Assembly: GCA_001782805.1 (NCBI GenBank)
Contig: MFPT01000002.1
Span: 69,401 to 133,400, forward strand
Reading direction: 5' to 3'
Length of the DNA: 64,000 nt
From: Candidatus Magasanikbacteria bacterium RIFCSPHIGHO2_01_FULL_41_23
GTDB taxonomy: Bacteria > Patescibacteriota > Patescibacteriia > Magasanikbacterales > UBA922
Under the pieces are notes generated by a model. It saw only the letters and a program-made list of their open reading frames with translations, made no database searches and had not been told where the DNA came from. This document shows positions 38,472-49,052 of the stretch, piece by piece. How positions within the stretch are numbered: the first letter of the stretch is position 1; the number at the start of each line of letters is the position of its first letter. The position numbers and the translations under genes are program-made.

Positions 38472-40493
38472 ATGACGATTTTATTCCCGCTCTTGGTTTT
38501 ATTCTACTATATTGCGTTAGTATACGCTCTTCGCCGTCGCACCGGTTTTGATACGGCGAGTGTCTTGGTTAGTATCTTTTGTCTGCAATCTTTAAGCGGA
38601 TCAATTTTTTATCTTTTTGATAAAGTTTCCCCTCTTTCCATCGCCATGACCGCAACCATTCCTCTGATTCTTTTTTTAATAAAAAATAAACAACTGGCAG
38701 AAAAAGACAATTCTACAAAATCACCGCGCTTTTTGTGTATTTCCTATCTCCTTATTATAATTTTGGAATTCGGCATTATGGCCAATTTATTTTTGAACCA
38801 AACGACTGAACCAAGTCCATCGCCATGGCTTTTGGTGGGATCATCTTTTTTCTTTTTGTATTTTGTCACAATGCTTTTGGTTTTAATAACTACATGGCTA
38901 TCGCCCAACGCAAACTGGCGTCTCAATCTGACATCCCTCCATCTATTGATTACCTATAGTGTCGTCGCTATTATGTATCCGCTCGGATTTGGTTTTGATG
39001 GTCAGATTCATCGCGTTACCGAAGAATGGATAAAACTGCACGGCTTTATCGCGCCCAAATTACCGCTGTATATTGGCCAATACACGTTTGTGGTTTTTTT
39101 AAGTCATCTCACTAAAATTTCCACCAGTCTAATTGATGTTTGGTTGATTCCCATTGCGACGGCGTTTATTTTACCGCGGATTATTTCCGATTCATTAACT
39201 AAATTTTTTAGTATTCCCGAAAAGATTGCCATCAGCTTACTGTGGCTTCTGCCGTTTATTTATTTCTTCGCGTTATTTTTGACTACGCCTTTTAATGTTT
39301 TGGTTTTATTAACGATTATCGTAATTTTTTCCGGTCTGGTCTATACAAAAACAAACAAGCCGCGCGATTTTTTAGTGGCCGGCTTATCGGCTTTAGCTGG
39401 ACTTTTTATTCATCCACTTTTGGGCGCGCCTTTGGCTGTTTTTACTGTTGGACTTTTTCTTAATCAAAAAATAATCCAGACAAGTCGGGACAATAAAATA
39501 CAAAAAATATTTTTGTCCACGTATGGTTTGGTGATGACTTTTTTGGTTCCGGGATTATTCATGGCCTTTATTTATATAACACGACATATTGTTCCCACGA
39601 TTTCCAATCCGCTCACCAAAATTAATTTATTTTTAAATTATGGACGGTCGCCATTTTGGTATACATCGCATTCACTGTGGTATTGGGAAATTTTGTATCG
39701 GTGGGAATGGTTGATTCCGGTCGTGGTGTTGGCGTTATCCGGGTATGGTTTGTACAAATTTCGGGAGCGCATTAATTGGATGTACGCTACAACCGCAATT
39801 GCACTTTTCTTAAGCGCGTTTTTCTTGCGCAGCTGGGTGGTTTTTCCCGATGTTCACGCGCTGGAACAAGGCGATTACCCGTTGCGTTTACTCAAAAGTG
39901 GTTTGCTGTTTATTCTGCCGTGGGGAATGGTCGGTTCATATTATCTCGGAAACAATTTATTTAATAAAATATACACGACTAAAGTAATACGACGATTGAC
40001 ATTATTATTTTTTATGATCGCGGCCGGATTTTTAACTATTTCTTTTTATTTAAGTTATCCGCAATGGAATCAAAAAGTTAAATTTCCCGGCTACAATGTT
40101 TCCGCAGCTGACATTGAGGGCGTGCATTGGATTAAAGATGATGCTAGTACCAATGATTATATTGTTTTATCCAATCCAATTACGGCCGCGGCCGCGCTCA
40201 AAGAATTCAGTTTTGCGCGCTACTTCCCCACTGCGCACGGCGAACTATTTTATTATTCAATCCCCAGCGGTGGCGTGTTATACAATTTTTATACGGAAAT
40301 GTGGACTAACGGCCAAAAACGCAGCACCATAGAACGAGCCATGGATTTAATGGGAGTAAAGCGCGCCTATTTTGTCATCCCCTCTTATTGGACAAAATTT
40401 GATTCCATTGTGGCTGGTGCGAAGAAATCCGCGGATTGGTGGGAAGAGATTGATGGGGGGAAGATGTTTGTTTTTGGGTATGAGAAAAAATAG
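38472..40493 (+). CDS. polytopic membrane protein (possible GT-C)
   Basis: Many TM segments, GFDGQIH loop, soluble C-terminus; divergent from 36737-38404. Confidence 0.6.
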   Translation: MTILFPLLVLFYYIALVYALRRRTGFDTASVLVSIFCLQSLSGSIFYLFDKVSPLSIAMTATIPLILFLIKNKQLAEKDNSTKSPRFLCISYLLIIILEFGIMANLFLNQTTEPSPSPWLLVGSSFFFLYFVTMLLVLITTWLSPNANWRLNLTSLHLLITYSVVAIMYPLGFGFDGQIHRVTEEWIKLHGFIAPKLPLYIGQYTFVVFLSHLTKISTSLIDVWLIPIATAFILPRIISDSLTKFFSIPEKIAISLLWLLPFIYFFALFLTTPFNVLVLLTIIVIFSGLVYTKTNKPRDFLVAGLSALAGLFIHPLLGAPLAVFTVGLFLNQKIIQTSRDNKIQKIFLSTYGLVMTFLVPGLFMAFIYITRHIVPTISNPLTKINLFLNYGRSPFWYTSHSLWYWEILYRWEWLIPVVVLALSGYGLYKFRERINWMYATTAIALFLSAFFLRSWVVFPDVHALEQGDYPLRLLKSGLLFILPWGMVGSYYLGNNLFNKIYTTKVIRRLTLLFFMIAAGFLTISFYLSYPQWNQKVKFPGYNVSAADIEGVHWIKDDASTNDYIVLSNPITAAAALKEFSFARYFPTAHGELFYYSIPSGGVLYNFYTEMWTNGQKRSTIERAMDLMGVKRAYFVIPSYWTKFDSIVAGAKKSADWWEEIDGGKMFVFGYEKK

Positions 40494-40552
40494 CTTAATT
40501 TGTTAACAGGCCACCAGTTAATTGTTATGTTACGCAAAACTATTTATACAAA

Positions 40553-41812
40553 TTATTTTTGATACAAATGAATCAACTTACCAATATATTCTCCCAACGA
40601 CAACCCAGTCAAAGATTTTGTTGTCTGTTTACCCATCTCGGCCACTTTCGCTTGATTATTCAAACACCATTCCAATTTATTTTTCAATTCCGCCACATCG
40701 CCGGCCGGAAATGTCAGTCCGTTTTCCCCTTGCCGAATTAATTCGGCAATCCCCTCTATATCACTCGCCAACACCGGAACCGCGGCCGCGAAACTTTCAA
40801 AAATAACGGTTGGTGAATTTTCATAACACAATGACGGCACAACCGTCATATTCATGCGTGCAAAAATCGCGGGCAATTCGCGCCGATCCAAACGGCCGTA
40901 CATTTTAATTCTTTTGTCGTTTTTCGCCAAATCCGTAATTAAATTAAGTTTTGCTCCGCCACCCACAATATGCAATTCCGCTCCGGAATTTTCCAACTCA
41001 CGGAACGCTTCAACTAATTCTGCCACACCCTTATGACTTTCAATTTGACCGACATAGAGGAATCGAAATTGATTATCAGTGGTCTGAAAACTTTTTTTAA
41101 ATTTATCCTGACTTGTTCCGTTTACCCCGAGTGTAATCGAGGGAAGCAAAGTCGAGGAAGATCTGTCTAGGGACAAAACTTCAGGAAATGTTAACGGATT
41201 ACGCAACACTTCCACACGCGAACGCGAAAAAAATTCGCGCGACAAATAAAAATCCCGTAAAAATTGCGACGGCGAGATAACGGTTTCCGGTGAACCAAAA
41301 AGAATTCGCATTAATGCCGTGTATATTTTGCTCGGCCAACCCACATAGCGCCACGAATGTTCACGTTGTTTTAAAATCATCCCGCTCGGTTCAACCAACT
41401 GCACATCATGCACAGTGTGAATATGGCGAATATTCAAAATGCGAATGATCGCCGGCAGTAAAAAACTCAAACCCATTAAATTATGCGTATGCACAACATC
41501 GGGTTTTTCTTGACGCAAATTTTTTTTTATTTGCCACGCCACCTGAACATTAAAAATATCCACCACGTGCCACAAAAATCGCGCGCATATTCCATGCTCA
41601 TTCGCACTGGTATAGAAAAAAATATTCAACGGATGAATCCGATAAATAGTTAATTTATTATGATGTTCAATTTTAGACATCAACGGAGTACTCGTAATAA
41701 CCACAACCTCGTGATGCATATCTAACAAGCCTTCCACTGTTTTCACCACCACCTGTTCCGCTCCACCTCTATCATAAGGCGGATATATATTATTGATGAC
41801 CGCGACTTTCAT
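40553..41812 (-). CDS. GT4 glycosyltransferase
   Basis: YPP...GGAE, PDVVHTHN, HKGV, PSLCYENSP.VIFES. Confidence 0.92.
   Translation of the reverse strand: MKVAVINNIYPPYDRGGAEQVVVKTVEGLLDMHHEVVVITSTPLMSKIEHHNKLTIYRIHPLNIFFYTSANEHGICARFLWHVVDIFNVQVAWQIKKNLRQEKPDVVHTHNLMGLSFLLPAIIRILNIRHIHTVHDVQLVEPSGMILKQREHSWRYVGWPSKIYTALMRILFGSPETVISPSQFLRDFYLSREFFSRSRVEVLRNPLTFPEVLSLDRSSSTLLPSITLGVNGTSQDKFKKSFQTTDNQFRFLYVGQIESHKGVAELVEAFRELENSGAELHIVGGGAKLNLITDLAKNDKRIKMYGRLDRRELPAIFARMNMTVVPSLCYENSPTVIFESFAAAVPVLASDIEGIAELIRQGENGLTFPAGDVAELKNKLEWCLNNQAKVAEMGKQTTKSLTGLSLGEYIGKLIHLYQK
41102..41173 (-). repeat. three nested 24-nt micro-elements (72 nt, in frame) in the GT4 gene
   Basis: TCCCTAGACAGATC[TTCCTCGACTTTGCT[TCCCTCGATTACACTCGGGGTAAA]CGGAACAAG]TCAGGATAAA. 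Confidence 0.85.
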
Positions 41813-41830
41813 AAAACTACAATTACTCCG

Positions 41831-43084
41831 TTATCTGACAATTCTAGAATCCATTTGTTTTTCATCACGTAGAAAAAATAAAGCCAAAATAAATACAAAC
41901 AAATTCAGCGCGGAAAAAACCTTAAACGCAAAATCAAAACCTCCAGGCATACTTAAAAAAATTCCGCCAAATAACGGCCCTAATAAAAAACCAATGCTTA
42001 GTGTGATTTCCATAATACTGACCGAATATCCGCGATATTCTTTACCTAAATTTTTTTCAGTTAATGATTCGTACATTCCTTCCACTGCTGGCAAGGCGAT
42101 TGTAAATAATCCTAGGCTGGTAATAAAAATTAAAACACCGGATATCAAAAGTTGATCAAATATCTGTAACAAAAAAATGGAAATTGTACTTATTGCCAAT
42201 CCAATAAATATAAATTTTTTTCTACCAAAAGTATCTTCCCATTTGCCAAAACTCCGTTCAAACAATATCATAGGCAACGTATAAATCGCCAGTAAAATCC
42301 CGCCAATTATAAACTCATCAAAAAAATATCCAGTAAATTTTTTGGCAAATATGGGTTCAAAAACAAAGAAAAAACCATCAAACAAATGAACAAACGTTAA
42401 CAGGAAAATTAAAAACAATCCTTGTTTACCAATACTCTTCAATTCAAAAATAATGTCAGTATAACTTTTGGTAAAGGAAATTTTTTCTAAAGGCATTTTT
42501 CTTTCCTTTTTTTGAGCAAAAATCACAATGGCTAAAATGAGTAAAAGTCCCAAACAAAGATAAGGAATATTTTTAAGATTTAAACTGACAACAAAGCCAG
42601 CAATAATCGCTCCAATCAATAGACCAAAAGAATATAAAGATTCAAGAAACGATATATGAGTTGAACGATCTGTTTCCGTGGAGTTATCAAAAACATTCTT
42701 ATATGAAGTAATGCTAAAAAGATCAAACGCTATACCATAAATATTCGTGGCTAAAAAAAGCAGGAAAACAATACTTCCTGAATTAAGAAACAATATAATA
42801 TTCGCGCAAAATAAAAAAATAGAGACTAACAATAGAGTTTTTGGAGGGAATTTTTTTTGAATTTGCCCCAAAAACGGATCAATAAAAAAAGAAATAAACG
42901 AACTGCCACTTAAAATTATTCCAATGGTAAAAAAACTCAAATGTAATGATTCTAAATACAACGGCACAAAAAACTCAAACAAGGCAAAGGCAATTGCCCA
43001 AACCAAAAAGAAAACCGAAATCTGCATTACTTTGTAATGTCTGTCCCTTTTATAATTTCGAATAAACCGACTAAATACAATCAT
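41831..43084 (-). CDS. MFS transporter
   Basis: About 12 TM segments, GKWEDTFGRKK motif. Confidence 0.85.
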   Translation of the reverse strand: MIVFSRFIRNYKRDRHYKVMQISVFFLVWAIAFALFEFFVPLYLESLHLSFFTIGIILSGSSFISFFIDPFLGQIQKKFPPKTLLLVSIFLFCANIILFLNSGSIVFLLFLATNIYGIAFDLFSITSYKNVFDNSTETDRSTHISFLESLYSFGLLIGAIIAGFVVSLNLKNIPYLCLGLLLILAIVIFAQKKERKMPLEKISFTKSYTDIIFELKSIGKQGLFLIFLLTFVHLFDGFFFVFEPIFAKKFTGYFFDEFIIGGILLAIYTLPMILFERSFGKWEDTFGRKKFIFIGLAISTISIFLLQIFDQLLISGVLIFITSLGLFTIALPAVEGMYESLTEKNLGKEYRGYSVSIMEITLSIGFLLGPLFGGIFLSMPGGFDFAFKVFSALNLFVFILALFFLRDEKQMDSRIVR

Positions 43085-43210
43085 ACTAAAATTCTGCAAG
43101 CTCTAAAGTTATTAACAAGATGTTAACAAGATATTAACCAATGGTATATTGCCCAAAAATTCACATTGCTCTATTATATAGAAACTAGTCAATTAACTCA
43201 AATTAAACTT

Positions 43211-45952
43211 GTGACTGATTTTACTCAAGTAGAGAAAATTCCACCCCAAAATCTGGAAGCCGAGATGTCGCTTTTGGGCGCGATTTTAATTGATAAAGAA
43301 GCTTTGCTTAAAATTGCGGATATTTTGGAACCGGATGATTTTTATAAACCCGCACATGCCGAAGTATATCAAGCCATTCTTGATCTGTATGCCAAAAGCG
43401 AGCCCGTGGATATTTTAACATTATCAAATCGTTTGGAAGAACGTGGAGTTTTGGAAAAAATCGGTGGCCGAAGTTTTGTCGTCAGTCTAGCCAACACTGT
43501 TCCCACGGCTTCGCATGTTAAACATTACGCGGATATTGTCGCCCGCAAAGCCACGTTACGCAAACTCATTGGCGCGGCCAGTGAAATTTCTCGTTTGGGT
43601 TTTACGGAAGATTCCGATGAAATTGAAATGCTCCTTGATAAAGCCCAACAGCATGTCTTTAGCGTAACGCAAAAACATATTAAACAAACCTTCACGCCCA
43701 TTCGCGGAATTTTAAGCGAAGCCTTTGATCGGATTGATGAATTGCATCGCGACAAAGGCAAATTGCGCGGCGTGCCCACCGGATTTCGGGAATTGGACAA
43801 TATCTTGGCCGGTTTGCAAAAATCCGATTTGATTATTTTAGCGGCGCGGCCATCGGTCGGAAAAACTTCACTCGCGCTCGACATTGCGCGTCACGTAGCG
43901 ATTCGCGAAAAAGTGCCCGTGGGAATTTTTTCTTTGGAAATGAGCAAAGAACAATTTGTGGATCGTCTGCTGTGTGCCGAAGCCGGCGTGGATTTATGGA
44001 AAATGCGCACAGGCAATCTTTCTGATCGGCCAGATAGTGATGATTTTCCGCGCATTGGTCATGCCATGGGTGTTTTGTCCGAAGCCCCCATTTATATAGA
44101 TGATTTTCCGGGCAACAATGTAATGCAAATTCGCACCAAAGCGCGTCGTCTCAAATCCGAACATGGTCTTGGTCTTATTATTATTGATTACATGCAGTTA
44201 ATGGAATCGCATAATAATAAATACTCGGAAAATCGTGTCCAAGAAGTTTCTGAAATGAGCCGTAATTTAAAAGGGATTGCGCGTGAACTAAATGTGCCGG
44301 TTTTGGCATTGTCGCAATTATCTCGTGCGGTGGAACAAACCAAACCAGCCATTCCCAAATTGTCGCACTTACGTGAATCAGGATGTTTAACCGGAGACAC
44401 GATTATCATTCGGGCTGATACTGGCGAACCAGTCCGGCTCATTGATATTGTCACCGGTAAGATTCCAACCCCTTTACCTATATTTGCCCTCGACGAGAAC
44501 TGGAAAATCTCCCCACAAATAATGACTAAAGCCTTTTCCTCTGGTCAAAAAAAGGTATTTGAAATGCGTTTGCGAAGCGGGCGCACCATTCGCGCCTCAG
44601 CCAATCATCCATTCCGTACACTTGGAGGCTGGACAAACTTAGAAGATTTATGTCCTGGTATGCGTATTGCAGTCCCTCGTGTTTTGACACCACAAAAACC
44701 CACCAATCTTATGAACTTGGATGAGCTCGCATTACTGGCACATCTCTTGGGCGACGGATGCACAGTACCACGACAGCCAATTCATTATACCAGTGCTGAT
44801 CCGGAAAATTTAGCGGTAGTAGAGCAAACCGCTATAAAATTATTTAACATAAAACCGCGTCGAGTCAAGCAAAAAAATTGGTGGCATGTGTATCTTCCTT
44901 CACCCTACCACCTCACTCATGGAAAACATCATCCCATTACTAACTGGTTTTCGCAGTTAGGTATCGGTCTACGACACTCTTATAAAAAGGAAATACCACT
45001 TCAAGTATTCCAATCAGACAGCTCCCATATCGCGCACTTCCTCCGCCATCTATGGGCCACTGACGGTAATATTTCCTGGAAATTTATACTAGGTAGAAAA
45101 CCAGCCGGAGCAATTTATTACTCTAGCACTAGCACGGTGTTGGCAAGACAAGTCCAGCATTTACTTACTCGTTTAGGTATATTCTCAACATTACGCCTCG
45201 TGCCGCAAGGCGATCATCGACCAGCGCACCAAGTTCATGTCCAAGGAAGTACCAATCAAAAAACATTTCTTTCAGTGGTTGGTTCGGCAGGCAGTCGTGG
45301 TGATATTGTACCGGCTATGCTTACCGCCCTTCAAGAAATAACAGCAAACCCAAACCGTGACACTATTCCTCACGAGATCTGGAATAGTACCATTGAAGAA
45401 GCGAGAACCGAAGCCAATATCAGTTGGAGAGAATTATACCGCCAACTAGACAATTCTTATGCTGGTACCGTTAAGCAAAATTCTGTGGGTAGAGAACGAC
45501 TCGGTCGAATCGCAGTGGCCCTCAAAAGCAAACCATTGCAACTACTCGCCGACTCTAGTATTTTTTGGGACGAAATTGAATCCATCGTATCTCAAGGTAT
45601 GGAAGAAGTGTACGATGCCACCGTACCCAGATTTCACAATTTTGTCGCCAATGACATTATTGTCCATAATAGTATCGAACAAGACGCGGATGTGGTATTA
45701 TTCATCTATCGCAAAGCCGCGGATCGCAATTATCGTTTGGAAGATATTCCGCCGGATGAACGTCATCTGGGAGAAATTCACGTGGCCAAACATCGCAATG
45801 GTCCCACTGGCATGGCTAAAGTTTTTTTTGATGAAACGCGCGCGAGTTATCGTAATTTAGATACGCGGTATGTTCCGCCAACAGGCGGAGGACAATCGCA
45901 TGCTCCAGCCAATCTACCCAAACCAGGATCAGTCAATGTGCCAAGTTTTTAA
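43211..45952 (+). CDS. dnaB: replicative DNA helicase, intein-containing
   Basis: PPQNLEAE, AARPSVGKT, FSLEM, IDYMQL, LSQLSR, LRESG/SIEQDAD, KHRNGPTG; probable GTG start. Confidence 0.97.
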   Translation: MTDFTQVEKIPPQNLEAEMSLLGAILIDKEALLKIADILEPDDFYKPAHAEVYQAILDLYAKSEPVDILTLSNRLEERGVLEKIGGRSFVVSLANTVPTASHVKHYADIVARKATLRKLIGAASEISRLGFTEDSDEIEMLLDKAQQHVFSVTQKHIKQTFTPIRGILSEAFDRIDELHRDKGKLRGVPTGFRELDNILAGLQKSDLIILAARPSVGKTSLALDIARHVAIREKVPVGIFSLEMSKEQFVDRLLCAEAGVDLWKMRTGNLSDRPDSDDFPRIGHAMGVLSEAPIYIDDFPGNNVMQIRTKARRLKSEHGLGLIIIDYMQLMESHNNKYSENRVQEVSEMSRNLKGIARELNVPVLALSQLSRAVEQTKPAIPKLSHLRESGCLTGDTIIIRADTGEPVRLIDIVTGKIPTPLPIFALDENWKISPQIMTKAFSSGQKKVFEMRLRSGRTIRASANHPFRTLGGWTNLEDLCPGMRIAVPRVLTPQKPTNLMNLDELALLAHLLGDGCTVPRQPIHYTSADPENLAVVEQTAIKLFNIKPRRVKQKNWWHVYLPSPYHLTHGKHHPITNWFSQLGIGLRHSYKKEIPLQVFQSDSSHIAHFLRHLWATDGNISWKFILGRKPAGAIYYSSTSTVLARQVQHLLTRLGIFSTLRLVPQGDHRPAHQVHVQGSTNQKTFLSVVGSAGSRGDIVPAMLTALQEITANPNRDTIPHEIWNSTIEEARTEANISWRELYRQLDNSYAGTVKQNSVGRERLGRIAVALKSKPLQLLADSSIFWDEIESIVSQGMEEVYDATVPRFHNFVANDIIVHNSIEQDADVVLFIYRKAADRNYRLEDIPPDERHLGEIHVAKHRNGPTGMAKVFFDETRASYRNLDTRYVPPTGGGQSHAPANLPKPGSVNVPSF
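44384..45670 (+). mobile_element. 429-aa intein with LAGLIDADG homing endonuclease
   Basis: RESG|CLTGDT...ANHPF...LLGDG...LWATDG...VYDATVP..HNFVANDIIVHN|SIEQD. Confidence 0.97.
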
Positions 45953-45996
45953 TTTAAAAATGAGAAAATATATATTTTCTAAAAATTTAATAAAAT

Positions 45997-46299
45997 ATGT
46001 TTAATAAATTAAAACAATTCAAAGATTTACGCGACAAAGCCAAAGATTTGCAAAATACACTGTCCAAAGAATCAGTTACTGTTGAGGCTGTTGGCGGAAA
46101 AATAAAACTCACGATGGACGGTAATTTAACACTGGCTAAAATTTTCATTGATCCAGAATTATTATCGCCCAGTAAAAAAGAAAAATTGGAAGCAGGCGTA
46201 AAAGAAGCACACGCTGACGCCATGAAAAAAATGCAGCGCATCATGGCCATGAAAATGAAAGACATGGGTGGACTGCCGAATATTCCGGGATTAAATTAA
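45997..46299 (+). CDS. ybaB: YbaB/EbfC nucleoid-associated protein
   Basis: A..LQ..L..E.V.....GG.IK.TMDG; directly upstream of recR. Confidence 0.88.
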   Translation: MFNKLKQFKDLRDKAKDLQNTLSKESVTVEAVGGKIKLTMDGNLTLAKIFIDPELLSPSKKEKLEAGVKEAHADAMKKMQRIMAMKMKDMGGLPNIPGLN

Positions 46300-46300
46300 T

Positions 46301-46903
46301 GTGTACTCCAAGCCAATCGAAAATTTAGTGCGCGCGTTTATGCGCTTGCCGTCAGTCGGTCGTAGAACTGCCGAACGTTTTGTCTTTTATTTATTAAAAG
46401 CCGGCAAAAAAGATCCGGCGGAATTGGCGCTCGCAATTAAAACCTTAATTGCTTCGGTTAAAAGTTGCGCGATTTGTTTTGATTTTTCCGATCGTTCGCC
46501 TTGTGTGATTTGCGCTGATAAAAATCGCGACACCACTGTAATTTGTGTCGTAGCCGAACCGCAGGATGTGCAAGCAGTGGAAAGAATCGGTTCGTATCGC
46601 GGACACTATCACATTCTACGCGGACTAGTGCCGTTGGATGCAATCGCAGTTGATGAATCAATTTTAAAAATTCCCGAATTAATAACACGCGTGGAAAAGC
46701 AATTAATTAGCGAAGTAATTATCGCGCTCAATCCGGATTTGCCCGGCGAAACGACAGCCATGTATATTGAAAAATTACTGAAAGAAAAAAACGCTCAATT
46801 AAAAATCACTCGTCTCGCGCGCGGTCTCCCTATGGGCAGTGATTTGCAATATGCCGATGAAATAACTTTGGCGAGCGCGTTGAAAAATAGAACTACAGTA
46901 TAG
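46301..46903 (+). CDS. recR: recombination mediator RecR
   Basis: LPSVGRRTAER, C4 zinc finger, ICVV, GETTA, RLARGLPMG..L.YADE.TL. Confidence 0.96.
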   Translation: MYSKPIENLVRAFMRLPSVGRRTAERFVFYLLKAGKKDPAELALAIKTLIASVKSCAICFDFSDRSPCVICADKNRDTTVICVVAEPQDVQAVERIGSYRGHYHILRGLVPLDAIAVDESILKIPELITRVEKQLISEVIIALNPDLPGETTAMYIEKLLKEKNAQLKITRLARGLPMGSDLQYADEITLASALKNRTTV

Positions 46904-47055
46904 GTATGAATGATAAATTTACGATCTTTAACAAACAAACTACTACGATTGGTAGTAAAATTATGCTAAATTATTTAAACAATAAAGTCAATAAATGCCA
47001 TCAATCGTAAAATAAAAAATCCCCCGCCATTCGAAAGATTTTTTATGTCAGAATT

Positions 47056-47553
47056 TTATTGGTAACTTTTTACCGGAGCTGTTTTTGGCTGATTGAATTT
47101 CATCCCCCGTTTCATCTGTGGCCTAATTTTCATTTTTTCGCCCATTTTATTTTTCATTTCTTGCATAACAGTAAACCGCGCGTCAGCTTGAGCTTGGGTA
47201 ATATAACCCTTGTTTACCAAACTCTGCAATTCTAATTTAATTTTCGCTTCGGCCGCCGATTGCATTTTTGTTTTTAATTGTTCTTGCGTAATGCCTTTTT
47301 CCAATGCAATGTCTTGAATATTTTTTCCTTGCACCCAATATGTTTTCATTTCGTCAACCGAAATTCCCAGCAAAGACGCGTTTTGATTCATTTGTTCAGC
47401 CCATTTATCCGGGTCGGCCACACCTCCACCAAACCCTCTAAACCCGTGTAACCCTTTTGCTCCCATACCTGACGCGGAAACCGATCCGACTCCAATCAGA
47501 CCGGCAAGCACGAAGGCAGGAATAACCAAAAGATATTTTTTCTGAAACTTCAT
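47056..47553 (-). CDS. secreted helical hypothetical protein
   Basis: Signal peptide, LLGISVDE, LV.KG.ITQ.QAD. Confidence 0.75.
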   Translation of the reverse strand: MKFQKKYLLVIPAFVLAGLIGVGSVSASGMGAKGLHGFRGFGGGVADPDKWAEQMNQNASLLGISVDEMKTYWVQGKNIQDIALEKGITQEQLKTKMQSAAEAKIKLELQSLVNKGYITQAQADARFTVMQEMKNKMGEKMKIRPQMKRGMKFNQPKTAPVKSYQ

Positions 47554-47611
47554 AGAAATAAAAGTTAATAAATTAATCAGCTGATATATTTAATACAAAT
47601 GATTTGATTTT

Positions 47612-48352
47612 TTATTTCACTTTTGGAACGAATTCCGGTATTGATCGGCGGATATGCGGCCGCAACACACGCAAATCCTTTGGCCGAGCCAGCTTAATAT
47701 GGCTGGCAAAAAATTCCACTCCTTGCCACTGTCCAACCGCGATAATAAAAACTCCCAGCTCTGGCTGGCGTAAATCGCGTCGCCAATTGACATTTGACGT
47801 GTTAACCATAATATCCGACCGTGGACTGCGCACAATTAAAATATTTTCCCTAACCGCAACCACTTGTCCGGCAATGCCTCTGCCGTGTTCGCCCAATCTA
47901 AAATGCATGAATGATTTCATGTATCGTTTGCTCGATATTTTTTCTCCCAAATTTGCGAAAGCAAAAATTGAACCACTGAAAAAAATTATCACCAGCACGA
48001 TAATGGACAATTTCCCAAACGAATACGCGTACGCACGTCCGGTCAAACTCAACAATCTGCCGGCCAAAAAAATCAAGAGAATGAGTGTAATAACGGGCTG
48101 AAACGGAAACGATTCCAGAAAAGCCCAAATACCCGAATTTCCAAATTCCAAATAATTTCGCGAGTCAGCGGAAACAAAATAAAATAATACAACGGTAAAT
48201 GCCAATGCCGCGAGCAAAACCGTTAAAACCACAGCGCTGCCCAAGCCTAATTTTTCCGACAAAAATAAATAGCGGGAACGAAGTTTTACTTTGCCGCTTT
48301 TAATATCAGCTATGATTATGTTCTCCAGATTGTGCATCTTTTTTTCTTCCAT
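47612..48352 (-). CDS. membrane protein, putative anti-sigma factor
   Basis: 3 TM segments; starts immediately after the ECF sigma stop. Confidence 0.6.
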   Translation of the reverse strand: MEEKKMHNLENIIIADIKSGKVKLRSRYLFLSEKLGLGSAVVLTVLLAALAFTVVLFYFVSADSRNYLEFGNSGIWAFLESFPFQPVITLILLIFLAGRLLSLTGRAYAYSFGKLSIIVLVIIFFSGSIFAFANLGEKISSKRYMKSFMHFRLGEHGRGIAGQVVAVRENILIVRSPRSDIMVNTSNVNWRRDLRQPELGVFIIAVGQWQGVEFFASHIKLARPKDLRVLRPHIRRSIPEFVPKVK

Positions 48353-48355
48353 ATA

Positions 48356-48907
48356 TTATTCCTGCATAATTATCTTGAGTTTTGTCTTGCCGCGAGCAAT
48401 CAGAGTCCCAACCGTGCTCACCGGCACATGCAAAATGTCACTGATTTCTTCGTATGACTTTTCTTCAAAAAAATAAAGAACAACTGGCTCGCGATATTTT
48501 TCTTTTAATTTTTGCAACGCGCGACGGATGCGTAAGGCTCCTTCTTTTTTATCTATGGAAATGCCCAGTTCCAAACGGTCATCAGCTATTTCCCATTCAC
48601 CTTCATCCAAGATCAAGGCCTCGCGCTTGAATTTTTTGCAATGATTAATGGCTTCATTATGCGCGATGCGGTAAATCCAGGATGAAAATGATCGATTGGC
48701 GTCAAAATCGAATAAATTACGATAGGCTTTAATGAATACATCCTGAAGAATATCCTCATTCGCGGTTTCACTTGTCGTAAATCGGCGGATATAACGAGTC
48801 AATTTGGCTTGATATCGTCTAATGATTTCACCATAAAGTTCGGATTCACCGTTTCGCACCAAAACTAATATTGCTTCGTCGCTCTGATTGTTGCTCGTTT
48901 CAGGCAT
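48356..48907 (-). CDS. ECF RNA polymerase sigma factor
   Basis: EDILQDVFIKAY, FSSWIYRIAHN, SYEEISDIL..PVSTV. Confidence 0.95.
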   Translation of the reverse strand: MPETSNNQSDEAILVLVRNGESELYGEIIRRYQAKLTRYIRRFTTSETANEDILQDVFIKAYRNLFDFDANRSFSSWIYRIAHNEAINHCKKFKREALILDEGEWEIADDRLELGISIDKKEGALRIRRALQKLKEKYREPVVLYFFEEKSYEEISDILHVPVSTVGTLIARGKTKLKIIMQE

Positions 48908-48981
48908 ATTCTATAGTACACTCCTTTGGCTGATTTATTTCAAATAAACTTAAAGAATCCATCCAAAAGAACCTATTCTTA

Positions 48982-49010
48982 TTGACAAAAAATGATAAAA
49001 TAATTATTCT
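48982..49010 (+). promoter_or_regulatory. sigma70 promoter for oxygenase gene
   Basis: TTGACA-17 nt-TATTCT. Confidence 0.7.
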
Positions 49011-49052
49011 TACGAACAGTCTAGCGCAATCAACAGCGCTACGAGGTTAGAA

